Shown one piece after another: positions 10,294-20,539 of a stretch of 64,000 nt of DNA (positions are counted from its first letter, which is position 1; each line of letters opens with the position of its first letter). The stretch is from contig CP009479.1 in the NCBI GenBank assembly GCA_000965745.1, positions 2,016,001 through 2,080,000 on the forward strand. The letters run 5' to 3'. The translations under genes were made by a program, and so were the position numbers. The notes under the pieces are model-generated. The model did no database searches. It was not told the DNA's origin and was given only the letters and a program-made list of their open reading frames with translations. The stretch comes from an uncultured archaeon (GTDB lineage: Archaea > Thermoplasmatota > Thermoplasmata > Thermoplasmatales > Thermoplasmataceae).

Positions 10294-10833
10294 ATGAGAT
10301 GTAATATGGCACAACGAGGGGAAACCAAGAATCCGGGATCAAAACAGGTCACGGTTATGCAGATCGGCTTGGAAGAAGATATAAGAAGACATTCCACCGA
10401 TTTGCTGAACAAGCTATTGAGTGATGAATTTACATTATATCTCAAGGCCAGAAAATACCACTGGAACGTGAGCGGTCCAATGTTCAATGATCTTCACAGT
10501 TTCTTTGAAATGCTCTATGAGGAACTTAACCTGATCGTTGACGAAGTTGCCGAGCGTGTGAAGCAACTTGGAGGCAACGCAGAGGGGACAATGAGCGAAT
10601 ACAAGGACAGAACAACCATAGAGGAGGATCCCGGAGTGTACAAATCTGACAGGGACATGATAGAAGGCATGCTCATCGGGTACGAGTCGATCATAAAAGG
10701 GATAAGGAACAACCTGGGCGAAACCGAGGAGCACAAGGACGAAGGAACTGCGCACTTCCTGGTGGATATAATGCTGAAGCACGAGAAAAAGGCATGGATG
10801 CTTCGGTCACTGCTTCAGGGCTGGAAACAGTAG
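10294..10833 (+). CDS. dps: Dps DNA-protection / ferritin-like protein
   Basis: KYHWNVSGPMF..LH, DEVAERV..LGG, HEKKAWML. Confidence 0.95.
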   Translation: MRCNMAQRGETKNPGSKQVTVMQIGLEEDIRRHSTDLLNKLLSDEFTLYLKARKYHWNVSGPMFNDLHSFFEMLYEELNLIVDEVAERVKQLGGNAEGTMSEYKDRTTIEEDPGVYKSDRDMIEGMLIGYESIIKGIRNNLGETEEHKDEGTAHFLVDIMLKHEKKAWMLRSLLQGWKQ

Positions 10834-10842
10834 AAACCATGC

Positions 10843-10872
10843 TGTTGAAATATAACTTCAACACCTTTTTTT
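10843..10872 (+). terminator. Hairpin plus oligo-T terminator after dps
   Basis: TGTTGAA-N7-TTCAACA followed by a T run. Confidence 0.55.
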
Positions 10873-11066
10873 AATTATGAAAGGGCTACAATCCATCTGA
10901 AGGGCCTTCTAGCCCTCCAGCAGAATACCAGAAAAAAGCTGAAAACTATCTGGGCCTGCAGACTAATGAAGTATACTGGGTTTATGTTCCCGGACGACAA
11001 TGACTGATCGCAATTACATCTTCAGGGACAATAAAGAGAGAGCGCAGGAAGGTTAAGGCAAATCGC

Positions 11067-12413
11067 TCACGAATTCTCCTTTGCCATTTTCTTGACCAGC
11101 ACATCGGCCGCCACGCCCAAGGGCTCCCATGCAGGGGCAAATGGCGGGGAGTACGAATAGTCTATCCCGGTCATGTCCTCCACAGTAAGGCCTGCATAGA
11201 GCGCTGCTGCCGCTACATCGATCCTTTTTGCCACGCCCTCTTTCCCGAGCATGACACAACCCAGCAGCCTGTGGGTCTTCCTGTCACCGACCAGCTTTAT
11301 CCTCAGTTCCTCTGCACCGGGATAGTATGAAGCTCTGGAAGAGGCTGTTATTGTAGAGGAGACGGGATCAAAACCCGCCTCCATGGCTTCTTCCTCGTTG
11401 AGCCCGGTCCTGGCAACGTTAAGAGAAAAAACCTTGACAACTTCGGTCTTCGTTATGCCCTTGTACTCAATGTTTCCACCCGCTGCATTGGTTCCAGCGA
11501 TCCTGCCGCTCCTGTTAGACCCCGTTGCAAGTGGGAAATATATCTCCATGCCCCCGACCCTCTCGTAAGTTGTGGCAACGTCGCCTGCCGCATATATGCC
11601 TTTGATGCTTGTCTGCATCGTTCTGTCCACCTTTATTGCTCCCCCTGAGTCCAGGGCAATTCCTGATCCAGAAGCAACCTCACTGTTCGGCACCACACCC
11701 ACCGAGAGGAAAACCATATCTGCGCTGGCCCTGAAACTGCCGCTCTTGACGGAGATACCTTCTCCGGAAGATTCGTCAACAGCCTCAACTGGCGAATTCA
11801 GGTGAACCTCTACCCCTTTGGAGGTAAGCTCTTCTACGATCATCTCAGAGAAAGCACCATCAAGTCCCCTAAGAACTTTCCCGGACCTCTGGAATATAGC
11901 AACATGAATGCCACGCGATGCAAAGGCTTCTGCCATTTCCAGGCCTACATAGCCTGCGCCCACGATGATAACCTCCTTCATTCCGTTGATATTGCCCATG
12001 AGCGTGTTCAGGTCGTCAAGGTTCCTCATGGTGTATACAAGCTTCTTTCCCTCAAATATACCGGGGATTCTCGGCCTTGCCCCGGTAGCTATGACCAATC
12101 TGTCAAACTTGTCAGTACTCTCTTTTCCGTCCGACAGAACCACTATCTGCTTTCTTTCGGGCATGATCTTTGTTACCCGGCTTCTAACCCTCACATCTAT
12201 CCTTCTTTCATCTCTGAATTTGGACATGGGGTAGTGGAGCAGCTCATCGAATTCCTCAACCTCGCCGCTAACGTAGAAGGGAATTCCACACGCAGAGTAA
12301 GATACAAAATTGCCCGCTTCATAAACTACAACCTCGCTGTCAGGCAATGCCTTCCTCGCCCTTGATGCAGCGCTCATGCCCGCGGCATCACCGCCAATAA
12401 CCACAATACGCAT
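11067..12413 (-). CDS. CoA-disulfide reductase / NADH oxidase family flavoprotein
   Basis: GGDAAGMSAA, SYSACG redox Cys, GAGYVGLEMAE, IYAAGD, YSPPF. Confidence 0.9.
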   Translation of the reverse strand: MRIVVIGGDAAGMSAASRARKALPDSEVVVYEAGNFVSYSACGIPFYVSGEVEEFDELLHYPMSKFRDERRIDVRVRSRVTKIMPERKQIVVLSDGKESTDKFDRLVIATGARPRIPGIFEGKKLVYTMRNLDDLNTLMGNINGMKEVIIVGAGYVGLEMAEAFASRGIHVAIFQRSGKVLRGLDGAFSEMIVEELTSKGVEVHLNSPVEAVDESSGEGISVKSGSFRASADMVFLSVGVVPNSEVASGSGIALDSGGAIKVDRTMQTSIKGIYAAGDVATTYERVGGMEIYFPLATGSNRSGRIAGTNAAGGNIEYKGITKTEVVKVFSLNVARTGLNEEEAMEAGFDPVSSTITASSRASYYPGAEELRIKLVGDRKTHRLLGCVMLGKEGVAKRIDVAAAALYAGLTVEDMTGIDYSYSPPFAPAWEPLGVAADVLVKKMAKENS

Positions 12414-12731
12414 GTTATCCCATTCACAATATCCGATGGGTGTATAAAACCAAAATCATGCCGGAAAATCAATTCCAACAAGGTGTCTTCAACATGGACC
12501 CTCGGTAAATACATCAGTCAACTTGAGAGCGTGTTGTTAGGGTTCACCAATCGGGCTGAAATTATGGCAAAAACGAGAACACTTCTCTGCCTTATGCGGA
12601 ATCAATAAAAATCCATGATTTCAACCGCTGGAAAATTCCCGGGTTTTTCCGTCCTACCCGTAACGTAGCATGATACACATCCTTAAATGTAAGGGGTAGC
12701 AAATATTACTTAAGAGGAGCTTTACAAACTC

Positions 12732-13865
12732 ATGCTGAACCGTAACGCGGCGGATTTTGGGCAGAAGCCACTGCTAGTTTTCTGGGAAACAACCAAATCA
12801 TGCGACCTTTCCTGCAGGCATTGCAGGGCATCAGCTATCAAGGAGCCATTGCCAGGAGAACTGAATTATGAAGAATCCCTCAATCTCCTTAAGTCCATAA
12901 CTTCCTTCGAAAAACCATACCCGAGGTTAATCATAACCGGTGGGGACCCGCTGAAGAAGGAAGGGCTTCTAGACCTGCTGGCAGAGGCCAGGGAGATCGG
13001 CATATCTGCATCCATAACTCCAGCAGTCACTGAAAGGCTTAAAGAATCTGTTATAGACAGCCTCACCGATGTGGGTGTAAGGTCTTACGCCTTGAGCCTG
13101 GATGGTTCAACACCTGAAAGCCATGATGGGTTAAGGGGAGTGGAAGGGACATTCCGCAGGACTCTTGAGGTAATGGACATGCTGATAGAGAAAGGCCTCT
13201 CGGTTCAGGTGAATACGGCAGTAATGAAATCCAATGTCAACGAGCTTCCGCGGATCCTAAATCTTCTTTCAAACAGGAAAATCTCTACCTGGGCACCTTT
13301 CTTTCTCATAAGGACCGGAAGGGGAAACGAACTCGAAGACCTTTCTCCTGAAGAGTATGAAGACGTAAACAACTGGATGTATCTCGCATCAAAATACGGT
13401 GTAAGAGTCAGGACCGTTGAATCGCCCATATTCAGGAGAATAGTTCTCCAGAAGGAGCAGGGGATGAGATACCGGGGAGGAGACCTTTACAGGCAGCTGA
13501 AATCTGAAACCATGAGGCTCATGAGGGTTCCGGGAAAGAGAAGCAAGAGTTACTTTGTCGGTTCAAGAGACGGCTCTGGAGTGATTTTCGTCTCACACGA
13601 CGGATATGTTTCACCTAGCGGTTTCCTGCCACTTCAGATGGAAAACGTGAAAGACAAGGACCTGGCCAGCATCTACAGGGACAACCCTGTGCTAAGGGCT
13701 ATCAGAACTCCTTCCAGGTATAGCGGGAAGTGTGGTGTGTGTGAATTCAACATCATTTGCGGCGGTTCAAGGGCAAGAGCATACTACCACACTGGCGATT
13801 TACTCTCTTCTGATCCGTCATGCGTCTACACGCCAAGAAAATACAAAGCAGTGGAAGCTTCATGA
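12732..13865 (+). CDS. Radical SAM/SPASM protein (TIGR04053 / AhbCD-NirJ-like)
   Basis: WETTKSCDLSCRHCRA CxxxCxxC, TGGDPL, C-terminal CGVCEF..ICGGSRARAY...DPSC. Confidence 0.88.
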   Translation: MLNRNAADFGQKPLLVFWETTKSCDLSCRHCRASAIKEPLPGELNYEESLNLLKSITSFEKPYPRLIITGGDPLKKEGLLDLLAEAREIGISASITPAVTERLKESVIDSLTDVGVRSYALSLDGSTPESHDGLRGVEGTFRRTLEVMDMLIEKGLSVQVNTAVMKSNVNELPRILNLLSNRKISTWAPFFLIRTGRGNELEDLSPEEYEDVNNWMYLASKYGVRVRTVESPIFRRIVLQKEQGMRYRGGDLYRQLKSETMRLMRVPGKRSKSYFVGSRDGSGVIFVSHDGYVSPSGFLPLQMENVKDKDLASIYRDNPVLRAIRTPSRYSGKCGVCEFNIICGGSRARAYYHTGDLLSSDPSCVYTPRKYKAVEAS

Positions 13866-13872
13866 AGGTGCT

Positions 13873-14460
13873 TCAGAAATAGGTCGTGGAAATCTTCTCG
13901 AAGAGTTCTTCTATCCTGTCCTTTATGATCCTCAGGTCTTCAGCAATGTCAGGAAAAGCTCTCGAATAAGTGCTGAAAAGGAAATTCACTAGTTTAAGGG
14001 CCAGCTTTACTATTCTTTCAACAGCCTCTCTTATCATTCCACCCTTAAAATCCCTGTTTGCACCCAGTTCGAGCCTGCTATCATCAGCGTCCTTTCCAAG
14101 GATTTTCTCAAGAGGGTCTTCGAACCCTGCATAGATGACCTCGAAATCACTGGCGTCGGGAAACTCCCTGAAAACGTATTCGGAAAGACCAATTCCCTTC
14201 CCGACTACTATGTTAATTTCTCTGGAATCGACAGACGTGATCCTCCCGTCGGGAAACTTCACATTGACTTTTGCATCCTCGAATATGGGCCTGTCGAACT
14301 CTTTTATCTTCTTCTCTACCCTATCCCTCAGGTCCACAAACTGCTTCAGCTCTATCTTCCCACTGATAGACCACACCTGATCTCTCAATGAAACAGCCTC
14401 CTTGTAGCTGTTTGTTACCCTGATGCGTTCTGAAATATAGTCTGCGCTGTTGAAGGACAT
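13873..14460 (-). CDS. Hypothetical protein
   Basis: 195-aa ORF with normal codon pattern, no recognised motif. Confidence 0.6.
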   Translation of the reverse strand: MSFNSADYISERIRVTNSYKEAVSLRDQVWSISGKIELKQFVDLRDRVEKKIKEFDRPIFEDAKVNVKFPDGRITSVDSREINIVVGKGIGLSEYVFREFPDASDFEVIYAGFEDPLEKILGKDADDSRLELGANRDFKGGMIREAVERIVKLALKLVNFLFSTYSRAFPDIAEDLRIIKDRIEELFEKISTTYF

Positions 14461-14733
14461 ATAGTCCCGTAATCATGGAATCAGGATTATTTATCGTCAC
14501 GATGATAGACACATCAGGATTTCGTTTCACAATATACACATTTATATGCATCCCGGGCAGTCCATGAGGCACCTGAAAGCCAACCAACTTACTCCCGAAC
14601 CTGATTAACTTCATTTGCCAGCAATGAAGGGCATAGCTAAGACGCCTGCAAAAATAATTAAGAACCTCCCGCCCGTTCCAATCCTGAAAAAATGGATTGT
14701 TATAATCTATGAGCGCAGGAGTTCACAAAATTC

Positions 14734-15951
14734 TCATAGAGTTATTTCTTCTTCAGGCTTTAGCATGGGCGCATCAACAGTTACCGACTTCGGGTATTTT
14801 ATTCCAGCTCCCGTGTTGAGGGCAACAACGCGTTCATTCTTGTCTATCCACCCGTTGTCGACCAGCTTCCTGATCCCCGCTATTGTCGAGGCGCCCTCAG
14901 GGCTCACAAACAGCCCTTCATTGTGCCCCACCATTGCCTGTGCCTCAAGAATCTCTTCATCTGAGACTGAGAGCGCATATCCGCCGGTCTCATAGAGGGC
15001 ATCCAGCACAAGGAAATCGCCCAGTGACTTGGGAACGTTCATGCCAAAGGCTACGGTGTAGGAATCCTCCCACAAATCACTCTCCCTTCTCTTATTTTTC
15101 CAGGCATCCACAATAGGTGCACACCCTTCAGCCTGGACCGAAACAAGGCGAGTGTTTGCGTCATCGATCCAGCCAACTTCCTTGAGCTCCTTCATGGCTT
15201 TGTGTATCCCTATTAAGCCAAGCCCTCCCCCGGTTGGGTACAGTATAACATCGGGAGGTTTCCAGTCGAGCTGCTCCATGATTTCATACCCCATGGTTTT
15301 CTTCCCTTCAAGCCTGTATGGTTCCTTGAGTGTTGACACTTCAAAGAGCCCGTACTTCTCACAGAGTTTTCCAACGATGACTCCTGCATCATTGATCCTG
15401 CCGTCAACTAGATATAGGTGTGCCCCGGCAGCAGTGCATTCTGATCGTGTGATCATTGGGGCATTATTTGGCATGACAACATATGCGCCAAGGCCTGCTT
15501 TTGCGCTGTAAGTTGCCCAGGCAGCCCCTGCATTGCCGTTTGTAGGTATCGCTATGTTGGATATTCCAAGCTCCTTTGCCTTGGAAACTCCTGCAGCGGC
15601 TCCCCTGGCCTTGAAGGTGCCGGTCGGGTTGAGGCCTTCATTCTTGATCATCAGATTGTTGAGGTGAAGTTTTTCTCCAAGGGAGTCCATCTCGAGAAGA
15701 GGAGTGTAACCTTCTCCAAGTGTTACAATGTTTTGAGGGTCAGCAACAGGAAGAAACTCGCTGTATCTCCACATGTTACCATCCCTTCTCGAAATTTCCT
15801 GCTTGTCTGCGTTCTCTTTCAAACCTTCAACGTCGTACATTGCCAACAATGGCGAACCGCATGTACATAGGTTGTTGACCTTCATTGCATCATATTTTTT
15901 CGAACACTTTGGACAATACAAGTGGTCAACATAACTGAATCTCTTGTCCAT
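14734..15951 (-). CDS. thrC: Threonine synthase
   Basis: KNEGLNPTGTFKARG PLP-Lys motif, EGKKTMGYE, YPTGGG; start moved to ATG 15951. Confidence 0.9.
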   Translation of the reverse strand: MDKRFSYVDHLYCPKCSKKYDAMKVNNLCTCGSPLLAMYDVEGLKENADKQEISRRDGNMWRYSEFLPVADPQNIVTLGEGYTPLLEMDSLGEKLHLNNLMIKNEGLNPTGTFKARGAAAGVSKAKELGISNIAIPTNGNAGAAWATYSAKAGLGAYVVMPNNAPMITRSECTAAGAHLYLVDGRINDAGVIVGKLCEKYGLFEVSTLKEPYRLEGKKTMGYEIMEQLDWKPPDVILYPTGGGLGLIGIHKAMKELKEVGWIDDANTRLVSVQAEGCAPIVDAWKNKRRESDLWEDSYTVAFGMNVPKSLGDFLVLDALYETGGYALSVSDEEILEAQAMVGHNEGLFVSPEGASTIAGIRKLVDNGWIDKNERVVALNTGAGIKYPKSVTVDAPMLKPEEEITL

Positions 15952-16198
15952 GCTATTCCTACACAAAGATACTATTTAACAGTTGTTCAGCATTTAAATA
16001 CGTGGCATTCCGGAATATTACCAGTAGTGAGCGACATTTTTCGACGCTGTTTTTGTTAAAATTGAACTAAGTTGGTATATGAATTTTAGCACTTTGCCTG
16101 AAAATTAAATTTCAAAAGTTTCCCCGTACGTTTAATAATATATTTATTGCTCTTTCATTGGCATTTGTGTGAATAAACTGTAATTTTTATATGATATC

Positions 16199-16810
16199 TT
16201 GCAATTTTTGCCTGTGGCAACATACAGGAAGAACAGGGGGTCGGTGGAAAATACCGTCAGAAACTATCTGAGGTCCAATATGAATGCGTATTCTATGCTG
16301 AAAAGTGGTGCAGCAAATATAAGCAAGCTGAGCAGGGACATAAGGCGGGAACACGCAGACCTCAGCATATCGAGCATAAGATATTCGCTGAACAAGATAA
16401 TGGCAGAACCTTCCGGAAACAAGTCTGACCTTTCGAAGGTGGACAGGCTGATTGCACAAAGCAAGATTACGCTGCAGGATAAGATAACTGTCCTGACAGC
16501 AAATTCACCTGCCAGGGTCAACTACATATCTGCAACCTACCTGACAGACTCAGTTGTTTATATCGTGGACGAAACCAAGGAAGGCAGGCATCTAAACGAG
16601 CCAGAGATTGTCGCTGAGAGAGATGTAAGCCTTCTGCATATTTTCTCGTCAAGAGACATTGAAAAGGTTCCGGGTTTCGTGATGAGGATAACAGAACGCC
16701 TCTTCTCTGCTGGAATAAACATTCTGCAGCTCATATCATGTGCCAATGAAACAATAATCGTAGTGAGAAAAAGTGACGGGATAAAGGCCTATGAAGCGCT
16801 GGTTGGCTGA
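16199..16810 (+). CDS. Putative regulator, N-terminal HTH-like region plus C-terminal ACT domain
   Basis: G..N.SKLSR.I N-terminus; PGF...I...L...GINI.QLISC..ETII ACT motif. Confidence 0.75.
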   Translation: MQFLPVATYRKNRGSVENTVRNYLRSNMNAYSMLKSGAANISKLSRDIRREHADLSISSIRYSLNKIMAEPSGNKSDLSKVDRLIAQSKITLQDKITVLTANSPARVNYISATYLTDSVVYIVDETKEGRHLNEPEIVAERDVSLLHIFSSRDIEKVPGFVMRITERLFSAGINILQLISCANETIIVVRKSDGIKAYEALVG

Positions 16811-16828
16811 ATTAGCAACTAACGGTGA

Positions 16829-18157
16829 TTATCGGTCGAGCAGCTTCCTGGCTTTCCCGATTAGATCCTCCCGTGCACGGATTATCTCTTTAATCCCCGA
16901 TTCAACGGAATCTTCAACAGCCCTAATATCAGATTCGTCCACTGAAAGGATGGAACCGGGCTTTATCTCATCAAGCTTTTCTCCTTCAAGGATTCTCTTC
17001 CCAACCTGCGAATAGGAGTCTTTCCATGATGCCCCGAGGCTGAACATTGCCTTTGCGTTTGCTGTTGCGTATGAAGAATTCTTGATTGATAACCCCGCTG
17101 CCCCGGAATTAACAGTAAGCCCTGAAAAGAAATCAGGAAGCGGATCGAGTATCATCTTTACTCTTTGGAATATATTGACCAGTATTTTCTTTGAAATCTG
17201 AAAATCCCTGTGGTAACCGGACGACTTGTTCGCAACCATCCCAAGCAGCGAGTTGAATTTTCCAATGATCTCGCTTGTGTAGCCCTGGACCATCTCGAGG
17301 AAATCCGGGTTTCTCTTGTTTGCCATCAGTGAACTGCCGGTGACGAACCCTTCCGGAAGTGTGAACAGTGGCATCTCATCTCCTGAGAACATTATGAGAT
17401 CCTGGGAAATTCTGGAAATATTGAGCAGCAGCTTGAGGAGAGGGAATACAAGATCTACTTCGTCCATCCCGCGCCTGAGGGAAAGGTATTGCGGATTTTT
17501 TTTCACAGCCTTCAGTCCCAGAAGTTCTGAGACGCCATTGAAGTCGGCGTCACTCAGGCTTCCAAATCCAGATCCGTAGCCGAACGGGACATGATCAATG
17601 CTTCTGGAAACCTGTTCCAGGCTCTCTGCAGATTCCTTGAATATCGCAGCAAAATAATCGAAGTACGATTTGACGGAAATCACCATCCCCTGCCTGTAGT
17701 GCGTATAGCCTGGCATCTCGCCACTTACTTCATCTCTCTTCTTCAGAAGCTCTTTGGATATCTGCAGGGACAGTGAGGCTAACCTAAGGAGCTCGAACCT
17801 TCCGTAAAGCAGGATGTCAGTATGGATCTGCTCATTTCTTGAGAGGAACATCCTGAGATTCTTTCCAGCTTCCCCGGCTTTCTGAAGAACATAGTTCTCA
17901 ACGTTGCCGTGTACATCTTCAAGCTCTTTTTTCAACACAATTTTTGCATCGAGAAGTGAAAGCAGGGCAGATATGATTTTTGCACTATCCTCCTTTGGAA
18001 GAAGATTCTGCATGTGCATCTGCACCTGGTAAGCTAACAGGGCAAGTACTTCATACTCCAGGAATACTCTGTCTATGACTACGTCTTCATCAACCATTAG
18101 GTTGTCAATATCAGAAGGGAGTTCCTTGGAAGCCCCCCCGCTCCAGATTTTAGTCAT
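16829..18157 (-). CDS. argH: Argininosuccinate lyase
   Basis: EDVH, SRNEQ, MPGYTHYR, GSSLMANKRNPD; ATGA overlap with argG. Confidence 0.93.
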   Translation of the reverse strand: MTKIWSGGASKELPSDIDNLMVDEDVVIDRVFLEYEVLALLAYQVQMHMQNLLPKEDSAKIISALLSLLDAKIVLKKELEDVHGNVENYVLQKAGEAGKNLRMFLSRNEQIHTDILLYGRFELLRLASLSLQISKELLKKRDEVSGEMPGYTHYRQGMVISVKSYFDYFAAIFKESAESLEQVSRSIDHVPFGYGSGFGSLSDADFNGVSELLGLKAVKKNPQYLSLRRGMDEVDLVFPLLKLLLNISRISQDLIMFSGDEMPLFTLPEGFVTGSSLMANKRNPDFLEMVQGYTSEIIGKFNSLLGMVANKSSGYHRDFQISKKILVNIFQRVKMILDPLPDFFSGLTVNSGAAGLSIKNSSYATANAKAMFSLGASWKDSYSQVGKRILEGEKLDEIKPGSILSVDESDIRAVEDSVESGIKEIIRAREDLIGKARKLLDR

Positions 18158-19380
18158 GTCTGATTCTTACTGCTCAGTATCCTTTCTAATTTCTTATTCC
18201 TTACTCTTGCTGTATTCACTGTCTGATTCCCGAATATGCTGATGAACCCTTTCGCCATTGATTGGTCAAATGTATCCTGTTTTCCATACGTGGAAGTTTC
18301 AAAGTTGTAAAGGGAATTCTGGCTCTCAATCCCTGCCACAGAGCAAAGGCCCTTGTCGAGAATAAGCCTTACTTCTCCTGTAATTGGTTCATTAACACTT
18401 TCCTCAAAGGCATTTATATGCGTCATCACAGGGTCGAACCAGAGCCCATTGTAGACCAGGTCTCCCCATTTGGCATCCATTGCTTTTTTGATGTCCATTT
18501 CTTCCTTGTTGAGTGTAATTCTCTCAAGGGCCTTATGTGCAGCCAGTAGAACAACCGCGGCAGGGCATTCATAAAATTCACGGCTCTTGATTCCTGTGAC
18601 TCTGTCTTCCAGATAGTCTATTCCGCCGATTCCTCTCTGCCCGGAAATTGAGTTTAGCCTGGAAACTATGTGCCTGATGTCCAAATCTTCATTGTTCAAT
18701 GTGACGGGAAGCCCTTGGGAGAACCCAATCTGAACTTCGGCCTTAACCTCCCTTACGAGATGAGGAGGTACAACCCAGGAGTAAGCATCATCCGGGACCG
18801 GGAAAGCAGGATTCTCCAGGTCTGATCCTTCTACCGAACGCCCCCATAGGTTCTCGTCGGTGGAGTACTTCCCGCCCTGTTTTACAGGGATGTTGTTTGC
18901 AAGGGCAAACTCCACTTCCTGATCACGGTTGAGCCCCCAGTCCCTCACCGGGGCAATTACTTCAATATCATCGTTTAAAGCTTTGATTGAAACTTCGAAT
19001 CTTACCTGATCGTTACCTTTGCCAGTGCAGCCGTGAACTATCAGATCACAGTCATATTCTTCCGCGAAACGCACTGCTTCAAGAGACATTAGCGGCCTTG
19101 CGATGCTTGTTGACAATGGATAAATACCCCCATAGAGCCCGTCTGATTTGATCTCTCTTGAAATGTATTCAGCTGCAAATTTTTTCTTTACGTCTTCAGT
19201 GATTACGTCAGTTGCACCTAAATCCCAAGCTTTTCCGGATATCGCCTTCAGGTCATTCTCTTCCTGCCCAATGTCCAGTGTGAGGGTCAATACATCCATG
19301 CCGAGCTTTTCCTGCAGCATTTTAAGCATTACTGAAGTGTCAAGGCCTCCAGAGTAAAGAAGAAGGGCTCTCTTTGCCAT
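18154..19380 (-). CDS. argG: Argininosuccinate synthase
   Basis: YSGGLDTS, HGCTGKGNDQVRFE, DENLWGRS, KSREFYE. Confidence 0.97.
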   Translation of the reverse strand: MAKRALLLYSGGLDTSVMLKMLQEKLGMDVLTLTLDIGQEENDLKAISGKAWDLGATDVITEDVKKKFAAEYISREIKSDGLYGGIYPLSTSIARPLMSLEAVRFAEEYDCDLIVHGCTGKGNDQVRFEVSIKALNDDIEVIAPVRDWGLNRDQEVEFALANNIPVKQGGKYSTDENLWGRSVEGSDLENPAFPVPDDAYSWVVPPHLVREVKAEVQIGFSQGLPVTLNNEDLDIRHIVSRLNSISGQRGIGGIDYLEDRVTGIKSREFYECPAAVVLLAAHKALERITLNKEEMDIKKAMDAKWGDLVYNGLWFDPVMTHINAFEESVNEPITGEVRLILDKGLCSVAGIESQNSLYNFETSTYGKQDTFDQSMAKGFISIFGNQTVNTARVRNKKLERILSSKNQT

Positions 19381-19420
19381 AATGCTGGAGAGTTGCCTTA
19401 TATTAAATATTTTTTAGTAT

Positions 19421-19469
19421 TATTGTCAAAAATACTATCATATTGTCATTATAGAAACTTATATTGTGA
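19421..19469. promoter_or_regulatory. Three phased direct repeats TATTGT(C/G)A upstream of argG
   Basis: Copies at 19421, 19441 and 19462 (20-21 bp period), just beyond the argG TATA region. Confidence 0.4.
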
Positions 19470-19628
19470 ATATTTCAACATTAACTGATGAAATAATTGT
19501 GCTTATATCTCACCTGTTACCTTTCGAAGGAAACTCTAACGCCTTCCTCAATAAAACGCACTTTGTTCTATCCATGGCAAACACTCTGGCACGCCTCCTG
19601 CAATGTCTGGGATATAATTTCCGGCATC

Positions 19629-19874
19629 TCATCCCGGATGGATTTTCAGGAATCCTTCTATTAGAGCTGCCACATTTTTGTTCTGTGGGCTTTATCGATA
19701 AAACATTTCATCATTCTTTTCGACATTGCCTTTCTATCAGAAGTATGAAGCTACTCCCCGAACCAAATTCATGCAGGCTGCGAGTTGATACGCCACAAGG
19801 TTCTCAGCCATTTTTGAAGCTTTTTCCATGCCGTCAATTGTAGAAATAACAAGCCCATTCGTGCAAACATATTC
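19629..19874 (-). pseudogene. Degenerate remnant of an AAA_14/DUF4143-type ATPase C-terminus
   Basis: One frame reads EYVCTNGLV...KASKMAENLVAYQLA...SYF**KGNVE, resembling KxYxxDxGL...GxLxENxVAxEL...YYW...EVD, with several stops. Confidence 0.4.
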
Positions 19875-19967
19875 TGATTAGATGTTTAGGTGAAATGACC
19901 TGTGGGATAGGGGGCAACTCCGGCACTTTATTCGATTGGGAATGTGCAATTTGAGGGTTTTAAAAAG

Positions 19968-20000
19968 GTTAGATTTACCTAATAGTTATATAGGTCTAAC
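19968..20000. promoter_or_regulatory. Palindromic operator overlapping the marR-MFS promoter
   Basis: GTTAGA...TCTAAC inverted ends, built of two TTA(G/T)-N6-CTAA boxes, directly upstream of the MarR start and covering TTATATA. Confidence 0.55.
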
Positions 20001-20017
20001 TAATATACCCCAATCAG

Positions 20018-20539
20018 ATGAATAAGGACTCGTATCACTCCATCGATAAAGACATTTCTGCTGAAAAATCACAGATTGTCAACGAGATATTTACTGCTTG
20101 GGAGAGCCTGGTATCGGAGATTATCTCCTATCACTCAAAATCCCTGAAATACGAGCGTCTCAAGCTACCGAGTTTTTTCATCATGAATTACCTTTACAGG
20201 AATGGGCCCCAGAATCTCTCGGTTCTCGCCAACCTGGCCGGGGTATCAAAACCCACTATCACGAGCATAGTGGACAATCTCGAAAACCACGGCCTGGTAG
20301 CCAGAACAAAGGACACTGTTGACCGGCGGAAGCTGGCAGTTGACATAACCCCGTTGGCGGGAGAGAAGATGAAAAGGATCTTTTTCAGCAAAGACGACGT
20401 GAAAACAGAACTTGCCAAAGCTCTGAGCAGTGATCAGCTCAATGCATTCAGGGAATCAATCTGCGTTCTTGGAACTATAGTACGCAGCGTCTCTGAAAAG
20501 AAACTGACCACAATGACAGAAGGTGAAGAAAATTACTGA
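20018..20539 (+). CDS. MarR family transcriptional regulator
   Basis: LA...GVSKPTITSIVDNLE..GLV.R......DRR. Confidence 0.92.
   Translation: MNKDSYHSIDKDISAEKSQIVNEIFTAWESLVSEIISYHSKSLKYERLKLPSFFIMNYLYRNGPQNLSVLANLAGVSKPTITSIVDNLENHGLVARTKDTVDRRKLAVDITPLAGEKMKRIFFSKDDVKTELAKALSSDQLNAFRESICVLGTIVRSVSEKKLTTMTEGEENY

Noticed and set aside
19466-19843. 125-aa plus-strand ORF
   Set aside because: Atypical composition; better explained as antisense to the decayed ATPase remnant
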